Positions 27,112-40,210 of a stretch of DNA of 64,000 bases are shown here, piece after piece. Source of the DNA: Eledone cirrhosa (Eukaryota); contig OZ024752.1 of the NCBI GenBank assembly GCA_964016885.1, positions 25,172,001-25,236,000 on the forward strand, read 5' to 3'. The position numbers and the translations under genes were made by a program. The notes beneath the pieces are model-generated. The model saw nothing but the letters and a program-made list of their open reading frames with translations, was not told where the DNA came from and ran no database searches. Position 1 is the first letter of the stretch, and each line of letters opens with the position of its first letter.

Positions 27112-28163
27112 AAAAAAGAGGAAGAAGTTTCCTGTTTAGAAGACTGTTGGTGACTGTGGTAGTGGTTATTTTTATGTAGGTTATGGTTTTTGTTTTTGCT
27201 TTTATTTTTAATTTTATTTTCATTTATCCGACGGGTCCCCGGGAGATGGGTAAAGGGACAATCCCGGTCTAAACACAATCTGTCTCGCAGGGAAAAACGG
27301 CAGATTTGTGGATTCCTTGTTTGAGTTATTGGTGGTTGTGTTGGTGTTAAATTAGAGTATGTATTATGGTGGTGGCTGTTTGTGGGGATAGATCGTTTTG
27401 TCCTAGGTAAATGGGTGAATTTGCAGCCACTATCCGTACATATTCTATAGCGTAGAGAGTAGCGGCAAATGATGGGGTTTCGAGTGGGTGGGTATGTGGG
27501 TGTGGGTGTTGTGAGAGGTGTAGATGATGGTTTGGGTAGGATTTGATGACCTTTGTGGACTGTGGGAGGGAGAGTTCTTGTTCTGGTATTAGAAGGTAAA
27601 TTCCTTGACATAGCAGTAGACAAAAATGTTGTAGTAGTAGTAGTAGTAGTAGGCAGAGATGTTGGCAGTGGTGATGATTGGACTGCTGGGCCAGAGAAAG
27701 GATGTGGCGTTTCATGCTGTGAGACAGAGGCTACTGGGGGGTCAATAGTTTCATTTAGTAGATCGGCCATTGTTGATGAATCAAGGAGTGGTTCACACTG
27801 TTGTTGTCGTTGTTGTTGTTGTTGTTGCTGTTGTTGTTGTTGTAGCTGTTGTTGTTGTTGTTGTTGTTGCTGTTGTAGCTGCTGTTGTTGTTGTTGCTGC
27901 TGCTGGACAGCATTCAAAGAGAAAACACACCGTAGTTTATCCAAATGTTTATTGATTAATTTAAAAGCAATTTCGATTTGCTTTAATTTATTTTGAATCT
28001 GTTGTTCAGATCGAGTTTTCAAAAATTGAACTGTACGTTTAGCAATGTCGTTCAGAGATGAAGCATCTATATTTTCTGTTTGGGAAAGGCAATGCCATGT
28101 GTTTATTAGAATGTCGATTTCATTATCAGACCAGTTCTGTTTGGATTTTTGCTGGTTAGCCAT
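27006..28163 (-). CDS. LINE family B ORF1p (385 aa): N-terminal Myb/SANT-like domain, polyQ, two CCCH zinc fingers
   Basis: NWSDNEIDILINTW...RSEQQIQNKLKQI; CRYSLRYRICTDSGCKFTH and CRFSLRDRLCLDRDCPFTH. Confidence 0.85.
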   Translation of the reverse strand: MANQQKSKQNWSDNEIDILINTWHCLSQTENIDASSLNDIAKRTVQFLKTRSEQQIQNKLKQIEIAFKLINKHLDKLRCVFSLNAVQQQQQQQQQLQQQQQQQQQQLQQQQQQQQQQQRQQQCEPLLDSSTMADLLNETIDPPVASVSQHETPHPFSGPAVQSSPLPTSLPTTTTTTTTFLSTAMSRNLPSNTRTRTLPPTVHKGHQILPKPSSTPLTTPTPTYPPTRNPIICRYSLRYRICTDSGCKFTHLPRTKRSIPTNSHHHNTYSNLTPTQPPITQTRNPQICRFSLRDRLCLDRDCPFTHLPGTRRINENKIKNKSKNKNHNLHKNNHYHSHQQSSKQETSSSFLAIMNLAKELEKNIRAITQHHPPLSPHCTNSHCCH

Positions 28164-28884
28164 TCTAGTTTTGAGTGTGTGTGTGTTTTAGTTAAGTATT
28201 TCAATATATATATATTTTTTTTTTTTTTTAAATTTATTTTTGATTTATTTTTGTTTTTTGTTTTTCTTGTGTGTGAGTGAGAAGCGTATATATATAAATA
28301 TGAGTATATATATATATATATATGTATATTCTGGTTATTTGAAATTAATTAAGTTAATGAAAAGACGAAAGTATATAATAATAATTTGTAGTTAAAGGAA
28401 AATGTACTCACAAGTTCGTGTGTGTGTGTTTTAGTTAAGTATTTCAATATATATATATTTTTTTTTTAATTTATTTTTGATTTATTTTTGTTTTTTGTTT
28501 TTCTTGTGTGTGAGTGAGAAGCGTATATATATAAATATGAGTATATATATATATATGTATATTCTGGTTATTTGAAATTAATTAAGTTAATGAAAAGACG
28601 AAAGTATATAATAATAATTTGTAGTTAAAGGAAAATGTACTCACAAGTTCGAAAACACGTGGTTTCAAATATATAATAATATAGATGTATGAAAAATGTA
28701 TTAACCGGTCAATTTTCAAATATATAATAATATAGATGTATGAAAATGTATTAACCGGTCAATTTTTGTTTGTTTGGTTTTGTCTTGTGGTTTTGTTTTG
28801 TGGCTGTGTGACTTGCTGCTTACTCGGGGAGAGAAGTAAAAACACGTCCTTATACTTCAACTGCTCAACTGCCATGTATATATG

Positions 28885-28963
<79 letters not shown>

Positions 28964-28984
28964 ATATATAAATATATATATATA

Positions 28985-29043
<59 letters not shown>

Positions 29044-29066
29044 GTATATATATATATAAATATATG

Positions 29067-29135
<69 letters not shown>

Positions 29136-29148
29136 GTATATATATGTG

Positions 29149-29201
<53 letters not shown>

Positions 29202-29255
29202 GTATATATATATATGTATATATATATATGTATATATATATATGTATATATATAT

Positions 29256-30316
29256 CTCCCTTGTCTAATGCCATGTGCGTTTTTCACTGGTAGTTGGCTC
29301 CTCTGCCGCCAGGAAAAAACTCGTTGAGAAAGTAAAACTCCGTTCCGCTTACTCTAGTAGGCTTTTATATTTATATGTGAGCTGATAGAGTACAGTCTAA
29401 GGATTTACAGAAACCCATGAAGCTAGATTTAACACCTGTCTAGTGGGTCCGGGTATGATTTTACATTCATTTAAATTATTGACGTATTGTTTTATTGATA
29501 TTTTTTATCTGTTTGTCCCGAATCTTCCTCTATCGATTTTAAATCGTATGGTTGATTGTAGACTTGTTCTATATGTGACGGTATTTTAACGATAGTTATA
29601 GCTCTGATTCATCTGAATTATTGAGCCCTCTGCCGCTCATATCGAATCTCGTTTATCGTGAACTCGTGCGCCGATTTTTCGATACTCGATCTTTCTAATA
29701 TATTTAGCTCTGGACATAGCTATCCACCAGTTAATTTTATTGCTCATTTTTTGTCGATTCTATTGAGTGATGAATAGCTTTTGTTTTATTTTAACATGTC
29801 TATTGAGCACTCTAATTCGATATGTGTATTTCCACATTCACTCGAATTGTTTTTCGCGGATATAGGGGTCATCTCCCTTGTCTAATGCCATGTGCGTTTT
29901 TCACTGGTAGTTGGCTCCTCTGCCGCCAGGAAAAAACTCGTTGAGAAAGTAAAACTCCGTTCCGCTTACTCTAGTAGGCTTTTATATTTATATGTGAGCT
30001 GATAGAGTACAGTCTAAGGATTTACAGAAACCCATGAAGCTAGATTTAACACCTGTCTAGTGGGTCCGGGTATGATTTTACATTCATTTAAATTATTGAC
30101 GTATTGTTTTATTGATATTTTTTATCTGTTTGTCCCGAATCTTCCTCTATCGATTTTAAATCGTATGGTTGATTGTAGACTTGTTCTATATGTGACGGTA
30201 TTTTAACGATAGTTATAGCTCTGATTCATCTGAATTATTGAGCCCTCTGCCGCTCATATCGAATCTCGTTTATCGTGAACTCGTGCGCCGATTTTTCGAT
30301 ACTCGATCTTTCTAAT
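29256..30316. repeat. 617-bp partial tandem repeat (1.7 units), unclassified
   Basis: CTCCCTTGTCTAATGCCATG at 29256 and 29873. Confidence 0.88.
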
Positions 30317-30349
30317 ATATATATATATGTATATATATATATATGTATA

Positions 30350-33126
30350 TTACTCTTTTACTCTTTTACCTGTTTCAGCCATCCGGCTGAGGCTATGCTG
30401 GGGCACCGCCCTTGTTGCTACACATTTTATCTCCAGCCTGTATAGGTTGGCCACTGGTGTAAGAGGGAGTTTGTTGCTGCTGCCCTTAGGTTTCCCTCGT
30501 GTCTTGCTGTGGGCTCATCCGGGATCCTGGATAACAAGGTGTCGAGATGTTTCTTAAAGACATCCACCTCCACGTCATGCAAGTCTCTCAGATACCTCGG
30601 TAGCCTGTTGAATAGTTGAGGGCCCTTGAATCCCAGGCTATTGCAATACCTGCTCCTTATTCTAGATGTGGAAGACGGGACCTTTGGCACCACACAGTGA
30701 CGTCCTGTTCGACGGTTGGTCCAGCTCCCAATGCCAAAGTTTGGTGCTAGTCCCTCCAGGATTTTCCACATGTAGATCACTGCGTATCTCTCCACATCCT
30801 CCTCCGTTATGTCTATGTGGTTGATGGTTGCCATCTCCTGATGCAGTACCGTGCCATCAAAGAACTCCTCCGGCTTCGTTATCCGCATGTGCCTCAGTGG
30901 ACATGTGAAGACACTTTTGTACTGCCCGCTCAGCATTTCACACAACCCTTGGGGGCCCTCGGCCAATGAACCGTCCGTGTGGAAGAGTGGCCCAATCCTG
31001 CAGTGCAGTGAGGCAGCCTCCTTTGCAAACCCAAAGAATGCCTTAGGGCCTGCTTCAACGCCCTCCATGGCCCTGTTCTCCCCCCCACCCCATGTGAAAG
31101 CCCGAGTGCAATCTCGGTGTCAAGCAGTGCACGTCTCAAACAGGATTCCTTCCTGTTTTTGTCCTGCCGACTATTCAACTGTTTTGAGAGCCTAGTTCCA
31201 CGTCTCATAAGGATTTTCCTATCTCTGGGAATAAGATCCCTGTGTCCGCCTGCCTCTTTCTCCGGGAGAAACTTTTTGCATACAGTGTGTATCATTGTCA
31301 TGAAGTGTTGAAATTGTGTGTTAGTGTCTTGTGTGGCGGTGTTTTCACTCCATGTTTGCTTCCAGATTTCACTCTTAATCTTTTTCCAGTTAGCCTTGTA
31401 GAAGTTAAGTCTGGATAGTATCCCGGAGCTTCTTGGTAGTTTTGTCTCTGTTGGTTCTCTCGGACCACATATCATTAGCTCTACTAAGTTATGATCCGAG
31501 AGAATTGCCGGTGTCACCCTCACATTGTGGATGAGCACTTCGTTGTTTGTAAAACAGAGGTCCAGGAAACTTTCGCCTCTTGTTGGGAGGAGTATTGCTT
31601 GCTCCATGAACAGCCTGTGTGTGAGGGCCAGCAGGGATTCCGTCTGTCTCTGTTTTATTGACGTCATTCCAGGGAGGTGGCCCTCAGGCCATTTGACCTT
31701 TGGTAGGTTGAAGTCTCCCAGCAGTAGGATGTTGAGACCCTGGTCCAGTTTGTCAAGGACCTCTTCTATCCTACTTAGGCTATCCTCAAATTTACCCTCA
31801 TGACTGGGGTTATCGGGCGGCCGATACGTGACACATATCACTGTTTGTAGTTGCTTCATATGTATTATCAGTGTGTCACAGACTGAGTTTGAATGTGTCA
31901 ACAGTACAATTGGTGTGACATCTTCACGGATATACAGAGCAACCCCACCATGAGTTCTCTCCTTCCTGTCCGAACGAAATACAGTATATTTCGGTATATG
32001 TATTTCTGCATCTGCTATACTGCTTGTCAGGTGCGTTTCGGTTAGTGCCATGCATAGTGCTTGATTGCTTATGGCTAAGTCTGCCAGGTAGGAAATTTTA
32101 CTCATGTTACTGAGTTTCACCAGGCCTCTGACATTCAGCAGCAGCACTGGTGTGACTTTTGGGGTGTCAGTAATGGCTGTCGGTATGACACCTGGTCTGG
32201 TGTCAGCGGCAGCCACTCTGGGTCCCTTAACTGTAGTGGTCTCGAGTGCTGGTGTGGATGACCCTGGCTCTGGAGACGATGCAGCCAGGTCAGCTGTCCC
32301 ACAATCTTCTCTGCCATCACCAAAAATTTTTCTGATCTGCTGCTGCCATCTGTATCTCGTTGGCATGTGCGTGCCTTCTCCTTGTTGGTGCGGCACGCGC
32401 GACATCAGCATACTTCTGGAGCGGCTTATTTCGGCTTTGGCTGGGGCATGTTGCGCGCGTATGATGGGCATAGTTTGTTTGAGACCTAGGGTCGGCGAAT
32501 CTGCATCCCATCCCTGTCTCTCCGTGCCAGCATCTCCCGTTCTTGAAAAACTTGCACATTACTTGGGTATTTTTGCTAAAAGTGTCTCGGTGCTTTCTGT
32601 TCTTCCTTTGAACAGTTGTCCACTGGTCCCTCTGCGCTTGGTTCTCCTTCGGAAGGTGATTTCGCTTTTCACCTTTGCCCTTTGCTTGTTAGTTGCCCGA
32701 CCTGCCCTCCCTGCCTGTGGCGGAGGGTATATCATTTTCTTTCAGGTCCGTGCTTGTGCTCTCCTCCTTTTCTTTTCTTTTTCCTTTTCCTTTTCCTTTT
32801 CCCTCTCCTTCTCCTCATCCCTCTCTTCGGTTTTCTCCTCCCTGAGGACACGGCTTAGCATCGCCATATGTGGCGCTATGAGGCCATACGCCTTCTCAAT
32901 TTCTTTTCTCTTTCTCTCTATCTGTGTCAGGGTCCTCAGAAACCCATGGCTTTTCAGATTCTCCGCCATCTTTTTGCTTGGTGGAGACCCATCAGCCATG
33001 GTCCACCCCTTGATCAAAACCGTTAGTTCCATCTTTGACCAGTTTCGCTGACTCCTAATTTCACCTTTTTCCTGTATGCAGTCCATTTCGCTATGGAGGG
33101 GAGTAAGAGAGACAGTAGGAAGTGTA
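30350..33126 (-). mobile_element. LINE family A copy 2, RT domain deleted, with A-to-G hypermutated patch
   Basis: ORF1 (32742..33086 and following frames) and a complete EN (30930..32471); ITEEDV is fused to ERYAVIY at ~30790; same 3' tail as copies 1 and 3. Confidence 0.95.
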
Positions 33127-33127
33127 T

Positions 33128-35155
33128 TAGAACAAAAGATGGTTAAAAGAGTTCCATGTATTTTATTATGCGCATTTCAAAACAAATATCATCATGCAAT
33201 GACATTTGTGTTTTCATCAGATAAAATAGGAAGACATGATATGAAGGTTAAAGAAATTTGTGAATAGTGCAGTTTTAAATAAACATGAAAAGTAGTTTTA
33301 AATTGATGTGTGACATTCTGAAAACAATTTTGAGGGTGGGTGGGTGGAAAGGATGAAAAAGAGGAGGAGATGAGAGTAAAAAGTGGAGGGAGAGGAGTAT
33401 AATGAGGAAGGATGAGATAGGAGGAGAGATGGATGATAGAGAGAGAGAGAGATATCTTTTATAACTGAGAAAAATATATTGTTTTACATAAAGAGGTTGA
33501 AAAACCGTTGGAAGATAATATATAAATTAAAAGAATTTGAAAATTAACGAAGAGAAAAATAATGTAAAGTTAAGGTTTGTATATTGAAGGGTTTAATAAT
33601 ATGTGCGATGAAAAGAAATTGTTAATATGTATTAAGAATAATATTTAAGGGTTTAATAATATGTGCGATGGAAAGAAAATGTTGATATGTATTATTAAAC
33701 AAATATAGCAATAGTAATGTAAATAAGGATATATTGTGAAAGAAGTAGAAAATAGGTTGAATAAGTTACATGAGCATGAAAGGGAGAAAAAATAATGAAA
33801 AATGTTTATGTTTACGAAGGATTTTTTCAAGGTGATATAAAGTAAGAATATATTGTACTGTGTAATAATTGTTTCTATGTTAGGCACAATGAGAAAAGGT
33901 ACAGATTAGGGGTTAGAAATTAAAAGAAAAAGAAAAGAAAAGGAAAAGGAAGAAAGGGAAGTGATAAATAGGAGTGATATAGAATGAGTAACTAGTATTT
34001 TATAATGTATAATAAATAACTTTGAAATAAGGTAGAAAGATGGGTATATTTTTAAAGAAGTATATATATATATATATGTGCCTTTGAGAAAAGGATTTTA
34101 AATTGATAAAGTATTAGATATTAGCTGTATACTTTATGGAATGTTCTGTGGAATTTATGCAAGCAGAGAGAAAACAAGTCAGTGCGTCTATTTATTATAG
34201 AATCTAAATTAGATATAATGGTAAATTTTTCATTTAAACAGAGATTGCAAGTATTGGATAGAGAACTGTTCAAGTATGTAGAAGCAGAAGAAACCTTTTT
34301 CCAAGAGATGTTATATTTAATATTTTTGTCTTTCAAGGACCATATGAGTTCTGAGAGTGCCGTGTTGGTTCTTTTAAGTTGGTATTTAAAAGACGAATGA
34401 TGATTATAAAGACGAGCTTTAAAGGAGGTGGAAGTGGAGCCAAAATAGGTGAAGGAATTGGTGTCAGTTATAACTTTATATTCGTAGATTAAGTTCTTTT
34501 CAAGACAATGGTTGTTGAGAGGACATTTATTTTTAACAGGGCAATTGCAATTGCGATTAGAGAAATTAGCAGAGTTATTAACGAGTGACCTAGTGTTATC
34601 TATAGAAGGAATTGGATTGGAGAAGTTATTTACGATAGGAATAATAGTTTCTTGATTAAGAACATTTAGCGAAGTTGTGTTTGACGTTGTATTTGGGTTT
34701 GCAGAAATTAGCCTAGAGTTAACAATGACGTCGGGAGTACTATTACTATTATTATGATATTCAGTGTTGGAAGGAAGAGATTTAGTATTTAGTATTTTAT
34801 TGTTGTGTTTAGAGATAATGTTGGAAATGTTGGAGGAGGTCGGATAGGAAAATTTTATAGTGTGTTTGTTAAATATTTTACTATAGATATGTGAGGGAGG
34901 AAAGCATTTATTTAAGGCACTAAAGAATAATTTAGGAATATTATTATTAATAGAGATGGAGAAAGGAGCATTATACCAGATTATGTTTTTGTATCTAGGT
35001 CTTTTATTAAAGTTATTGGAATGATCATGATTAATTATTCTACTGTAACATCTTCTAGAATTAGTTTCTTTACTATATTTGATTTTATCAGGATAGCCGG
35101 CTTTAGAAAGCGCGATAGCCGGCTTTAGAATAACGCTAATAACGGTAATTTATAC
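33128..35155 (-). mobile_element. Penelope-like element (Hydra-type), 5'-truncated: GIY-YIG endonuclease + pLTR
   Basis: Minus strand reads IIWYNAPFS...CNCPVKNKCPLNNHCLEKNLIY...YFGSTSTSFKARLYNHHSSF...CNLCLNEK; a hammerhead lies in the 3' UTR. Clade assignment is from recalled motifs. Confidence 0.85.
33159..33228 (-). ncRNA. Type I hammerhead ribozyme in PLE pLTR
   Basis: tattttat CTGATGA [long stem II] GAAA tgcgca T A ataaaata; 8-bp stem I, palindromic stem III. Confidence 0.85.
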
Positions 35156-35164
35156 TTATATATG

Positions 35165-35245
<81 letters not shown>

Positions 35246-35254
35246 GTATATATG

Positions 35255-35287
<33 letters not shown>

Positions 35288-35316
35288 GTATATATAAATA
35301 TATATATGTATATATG

Positions 35317-35403
<87 letters not shown>

Positions 35404-35498
35404 ATATATATATGTATATATATATATATGTATATATGTATATATATATATATATGTATATATGTATATATATATATATGTATATATATATATTTATG

Positions 35499-36133
35499 TC
35501 AGGTCACCAGTTGGTGCTACTGGTAACATGTATCCCAGTACAACCTGTCTCGTGGTCGGGTCGTTGGCGACTAAACTGGCAACCCCACCAAGGTTTCTTG
35601 GTGAGGAGGGTGACTTTGGACATCCTGCAGGACTAAAAACAAAACCTGTCAAAGGGCAAAGGAGCTCTTAAGAGTCAATGGCCATCCAAAATCACCGGGA
35701 GAGATGACCCCTTTAGCCTTAGTCAAGGCAGAATTCTAGGAGAAGGAAAACTCTGATATAACACCTGCAACCCTGATGGTATCCAATGATGTTGACTTGT
35801 TCTTCTTTTTGGTAAATATCATCTTGGTTAAGAGAGTGGGACTGGCTTTGTGCAGTGCCTTTGCTCACTATAAAAGCTTCACGGCACAGGCATTGCTTTA
35901 TATCTGGAGATCTCTCTGCACTTGTCCTCACATGGGCCCAGCACTATGTGTCAATAGTTGTCCTACCATGGGCCTAGCACTATGTGTCAATAGTTGTCAC
36001 AGGTGTAGTGTTTGTACCAGAGGTTTCAAGTCGCTGGCTGGACTAAAAAGTCACACTCGTTCAGCGCTTCGGTAGGGGTTATCCTACATGGATGTAAAGT
36101 AGTGGCCGTACTCGAAAACGAGTTGGCAGCCAC
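35499..36133 (+). mobile_element. Internally deleted RTE-like non-LTR derivative
   Basis: RTE-type 5' motif CTAGGAGAAGGAAAACTCTGA; C2H2 remnant [17 protein letters not shown] near the 3' end; flanked by (TA)n. Confidence 0.45.
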
Positions 36134-36134
36134 C

Positions 36135-36282
<148 letters not shown>

Positions 36283-36318
36283 GCATATATATATATATAT
36301 ATATGTATATATATGTAT

Positions 36319-36396
<78 letters not shown>

Positions 36397-36413
36397 ACAT
36401 ATATATATATATA

Positions 36414-36888
36414 GTTATACTTGGGGAGGGTCATAATTGTGTAATATTGCCAGAATTAATAACAGAACACACTCACTGTTAGGTTGGTTTTCGCTTCTCG
36501 CGTCTGTGTCTTTTATATCGGTAATCTAACTTACTGAATAAAAATGGCGTAGACATACAATACAACAGGAGGAAAAGATAGCACCACTGACGATGTTGCA
36601 GATGTGCAACGAAAGATTTATGATAAACTATATATATATGTTTTTGTCTAAACTGTATCTGTATTATTTTTGACCGTCGGTCAGTCAATGGCAACATTGA
36701 GGACCGAGTAAGTTAGATTACCGATATAAAAGACACAGAAGCGAGAAGCGAAAACCAACCAAACAGTGAGTGTGTTCTGTTATTAATTCTGGCAATATTA
36801 CACAAATATGACCCTCCCCAAGTATAACAATATTTGTTTCGACACACGATTTCATATAAAAAACCTCGCAAAACTAATTCATCGCCGC
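36414..36888 (+). mobile_element. Fold-back PLE pLTR derivative (Naiad family)
   Basis: ~120-bp inverted arms (36414-36535 vs 36707-36828); the core matches the 3' UTR at 59364-59640. Confidence 0.85.
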
Positions 36889-36898
36889 TATATATATA

Positions 36899-36962
<64 letters not shown>

Positions 36963-36967
<5 letters not shown>

Positions 36968-37136
36968 AACGAGTAGGACCCCAACGGCTGAGCTCAAGCC
37001 GTTTCGACGGCTAATTCAGAGTCCAGAATTAGCCGTCGAAGCGGCTTGGGCTCAGCCGTCGGGGTCCTACTCGTTCCTATTACCCACTCTACTACCCTAA
37101 GTATGGTCCACCTGGTTCCTTACTACATTTCCTTCG
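36963..37136. repeat. Short hairpin (MITE-like) element; second copy 50012-50188
   Basis: ~55-bp near-perfect inverted arms 36963-37080 between (TA)n tracts. Confidence 0.8.
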
Positions 37137-37171
<35 letters not shown>

Positions 37172-37173
<2 letters not shown>

Positions 37174-37578
37174 CATATAATCTGTACGTACAATCTGGAC
37201 ACCACACACACACTCACACACACATTGGTATTATGCCAATACTATATATCATTTCACACCTTTTATTATTAAGGTGTTTGATGTTCTATTGAGAGAATCG
37301 AGTTTACTGAAAATATCGAATAATGTACACCATTTTACCAAGAAAAAAATACTGGTCCACCCACCACCACCCACACATACATTCTCACACATACACACAC
37401 ACATATATACACACACACATACACACGCGTACATTAACATTGAAAGAGACATATACACACACACATACAGACACACACTTCTCCGTATAAGACAAGAGCT
37501 GAAAAATATCTTTTAACATGGTAAAATATACCCCACTCACTTACAGACACATTCCTACTGACCATCCTTCTACCACGA

Positions 37579-37670
<92 letters not shown>

Positions 37671-38180
37671 TCTTAATAGGCATTTGAACTTTAAACAGGC
37701 TGCGGTTCGCACACACATCCCTGCTGACCATTATCACAACAACGAACACTTTACTACTACTACACACACACACACACATATTTGTTGTGAAAGAGTCATT
37801 TCACAGTCAACCGACACAAACCTACATTTGGCGCAAAATAAATTTTTAAACATTCACATGACCTCTACCGACCAATCAAAATTGTTTTGACCACAAGAAT
37901 TTTTGCAACACGAATTGGCGCAAAACTTATTTTAATACCGCTGGAGCCACATTTTTAACATAAAAACAGGTAGAATTCCCAAAGCTATCAGATCAGAGCA
38001 AACATCACGGACGCTCTATCTCAAAATTATTTTTGAAAAGCATTAGAAATGCGCAACCGGTAAAACTTAAAACCAAAACTGAATACTAACCAATACAATT
38101 ACTAATTCTCACTTATACCTAATTAAACTATTTTTCACTGTGAACAATTTGTCAGCATTTTCTATTCCGTTTACCAATAT
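37172..38180. repeat. (CA)n-containing interspersed repeat; copies at 50272-51232 and partial/inverted at 62979-63895
   Basis: Shared blocks such as CACATGACCTCTACCGACCAATCAAAATTG and GAACAATTTGTCAGCATTTTCTATTCCG. Confidence 0.85.
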
Positions 38181-38184
38181 ATAC

Positions 38185-38887
<703 letters not shown>

Positions 38888-38922
38888 GTATATATATGTA
38901 TATATATATATGTGTATATATA

Positions 38923-39539
38923 ACGGCGATGAATTAGTTTTGCGAGGTTTTTTTATATGAAATCGTGTGTCGAAACAAATATTGTTATACTTGGGAAGGG
39001 TCATATTTGTGTAATATTGCCAGAATTAATAACAGAACACATAAATAAATAAATAGATACACAAGCACAATAACAACAAACACATATAAACACACACTAG
39101 TAAAGATAGAATACATAGAATACATAGAATACAATCACGAACACACATCAAACAGAACACTATACACACACGCAAACGCATGCGCAAAGAAGACAAAATA
39201 AAATAAACAAACAAACAAATAAATAAATAAATAAATATATAGACAGACTAAATAAAAATGGCGTAGACATACAATGTAACGGGAGCAAACAATAGCACCA
39301 CTGACGATGTTGCAGATGTGCAACGAAAGACCTTTGATAAACTATATATATGTGTTTGTGTCTATATTGTATCTGTACTATTTTTGACCGTCGGTCAGTC
39401 AATGGCAAAATTGAGGACCGAATAAATTAGATTACCGATATAAAAGACACAGAAGCGAAAACCAACCAAACAGTGAGTGTATTCTTTTATTAATTCTGGC
39501 AATATTACAAAAATATGACCCTCCCCAAGTATAACAATA
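38923..39539 (+). mobile_element. 5'-truncated Naiad PLE 3' UTR with inverted pLTR; copy at 51951-52561
   Basis: Starts with inverted CGGCGATGAATTAG...GTTATACTTGGG, matches 59190-59643, ends CCCCAAGTATAAC. Confidence 0.85.
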
Positions 39540-39554
39540 TGTATATATATATAT

Positions 39555-39756
<202 letters not shown>

Positions 39757-39791
39757 GTATATATATATATGCATATACATATATATATATT

Positions 39792-39837
<46 letters not shown>

Positions 39838-39840
39838 CAC

Positions 39841-39915
<75 letters not shown>

Positions 39916-40210
39916 CACACATATATATATATATATATACACACATATATATATATACATATATATATATATACACTTGAAATATCCAGTTCTGCGTTTA
40001 CAGATTGACTTTGTTAGTTTCAGAAGATCCCGTTAAGGGTGAAAGCAACGATTCTTTGCTTAAACTTTAATCTGTTATTTTATTTTAATAAATATATATA
40101 TATATATATATATATGTAGGAGGTGAGTTTTATTGTAGTACAATAAAGCAATGCAGATATCGGATAATAAGCACTCTAAAGTTTGTAGGACTGGAGTATA
40201 CATAATATAT

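Noticed and set aside
27553-27996. Poly-Cys ORF
   Set aside because: Antisense of the polyQ tract of LINE B ORF1.
35520-35582. HDV-like ribozyme at the RTE-like 5' end (GGCGACTAAACTGG)
   Set aside because: P2 and J4/2 are plausible, but P1 and P3 could not be assigned.
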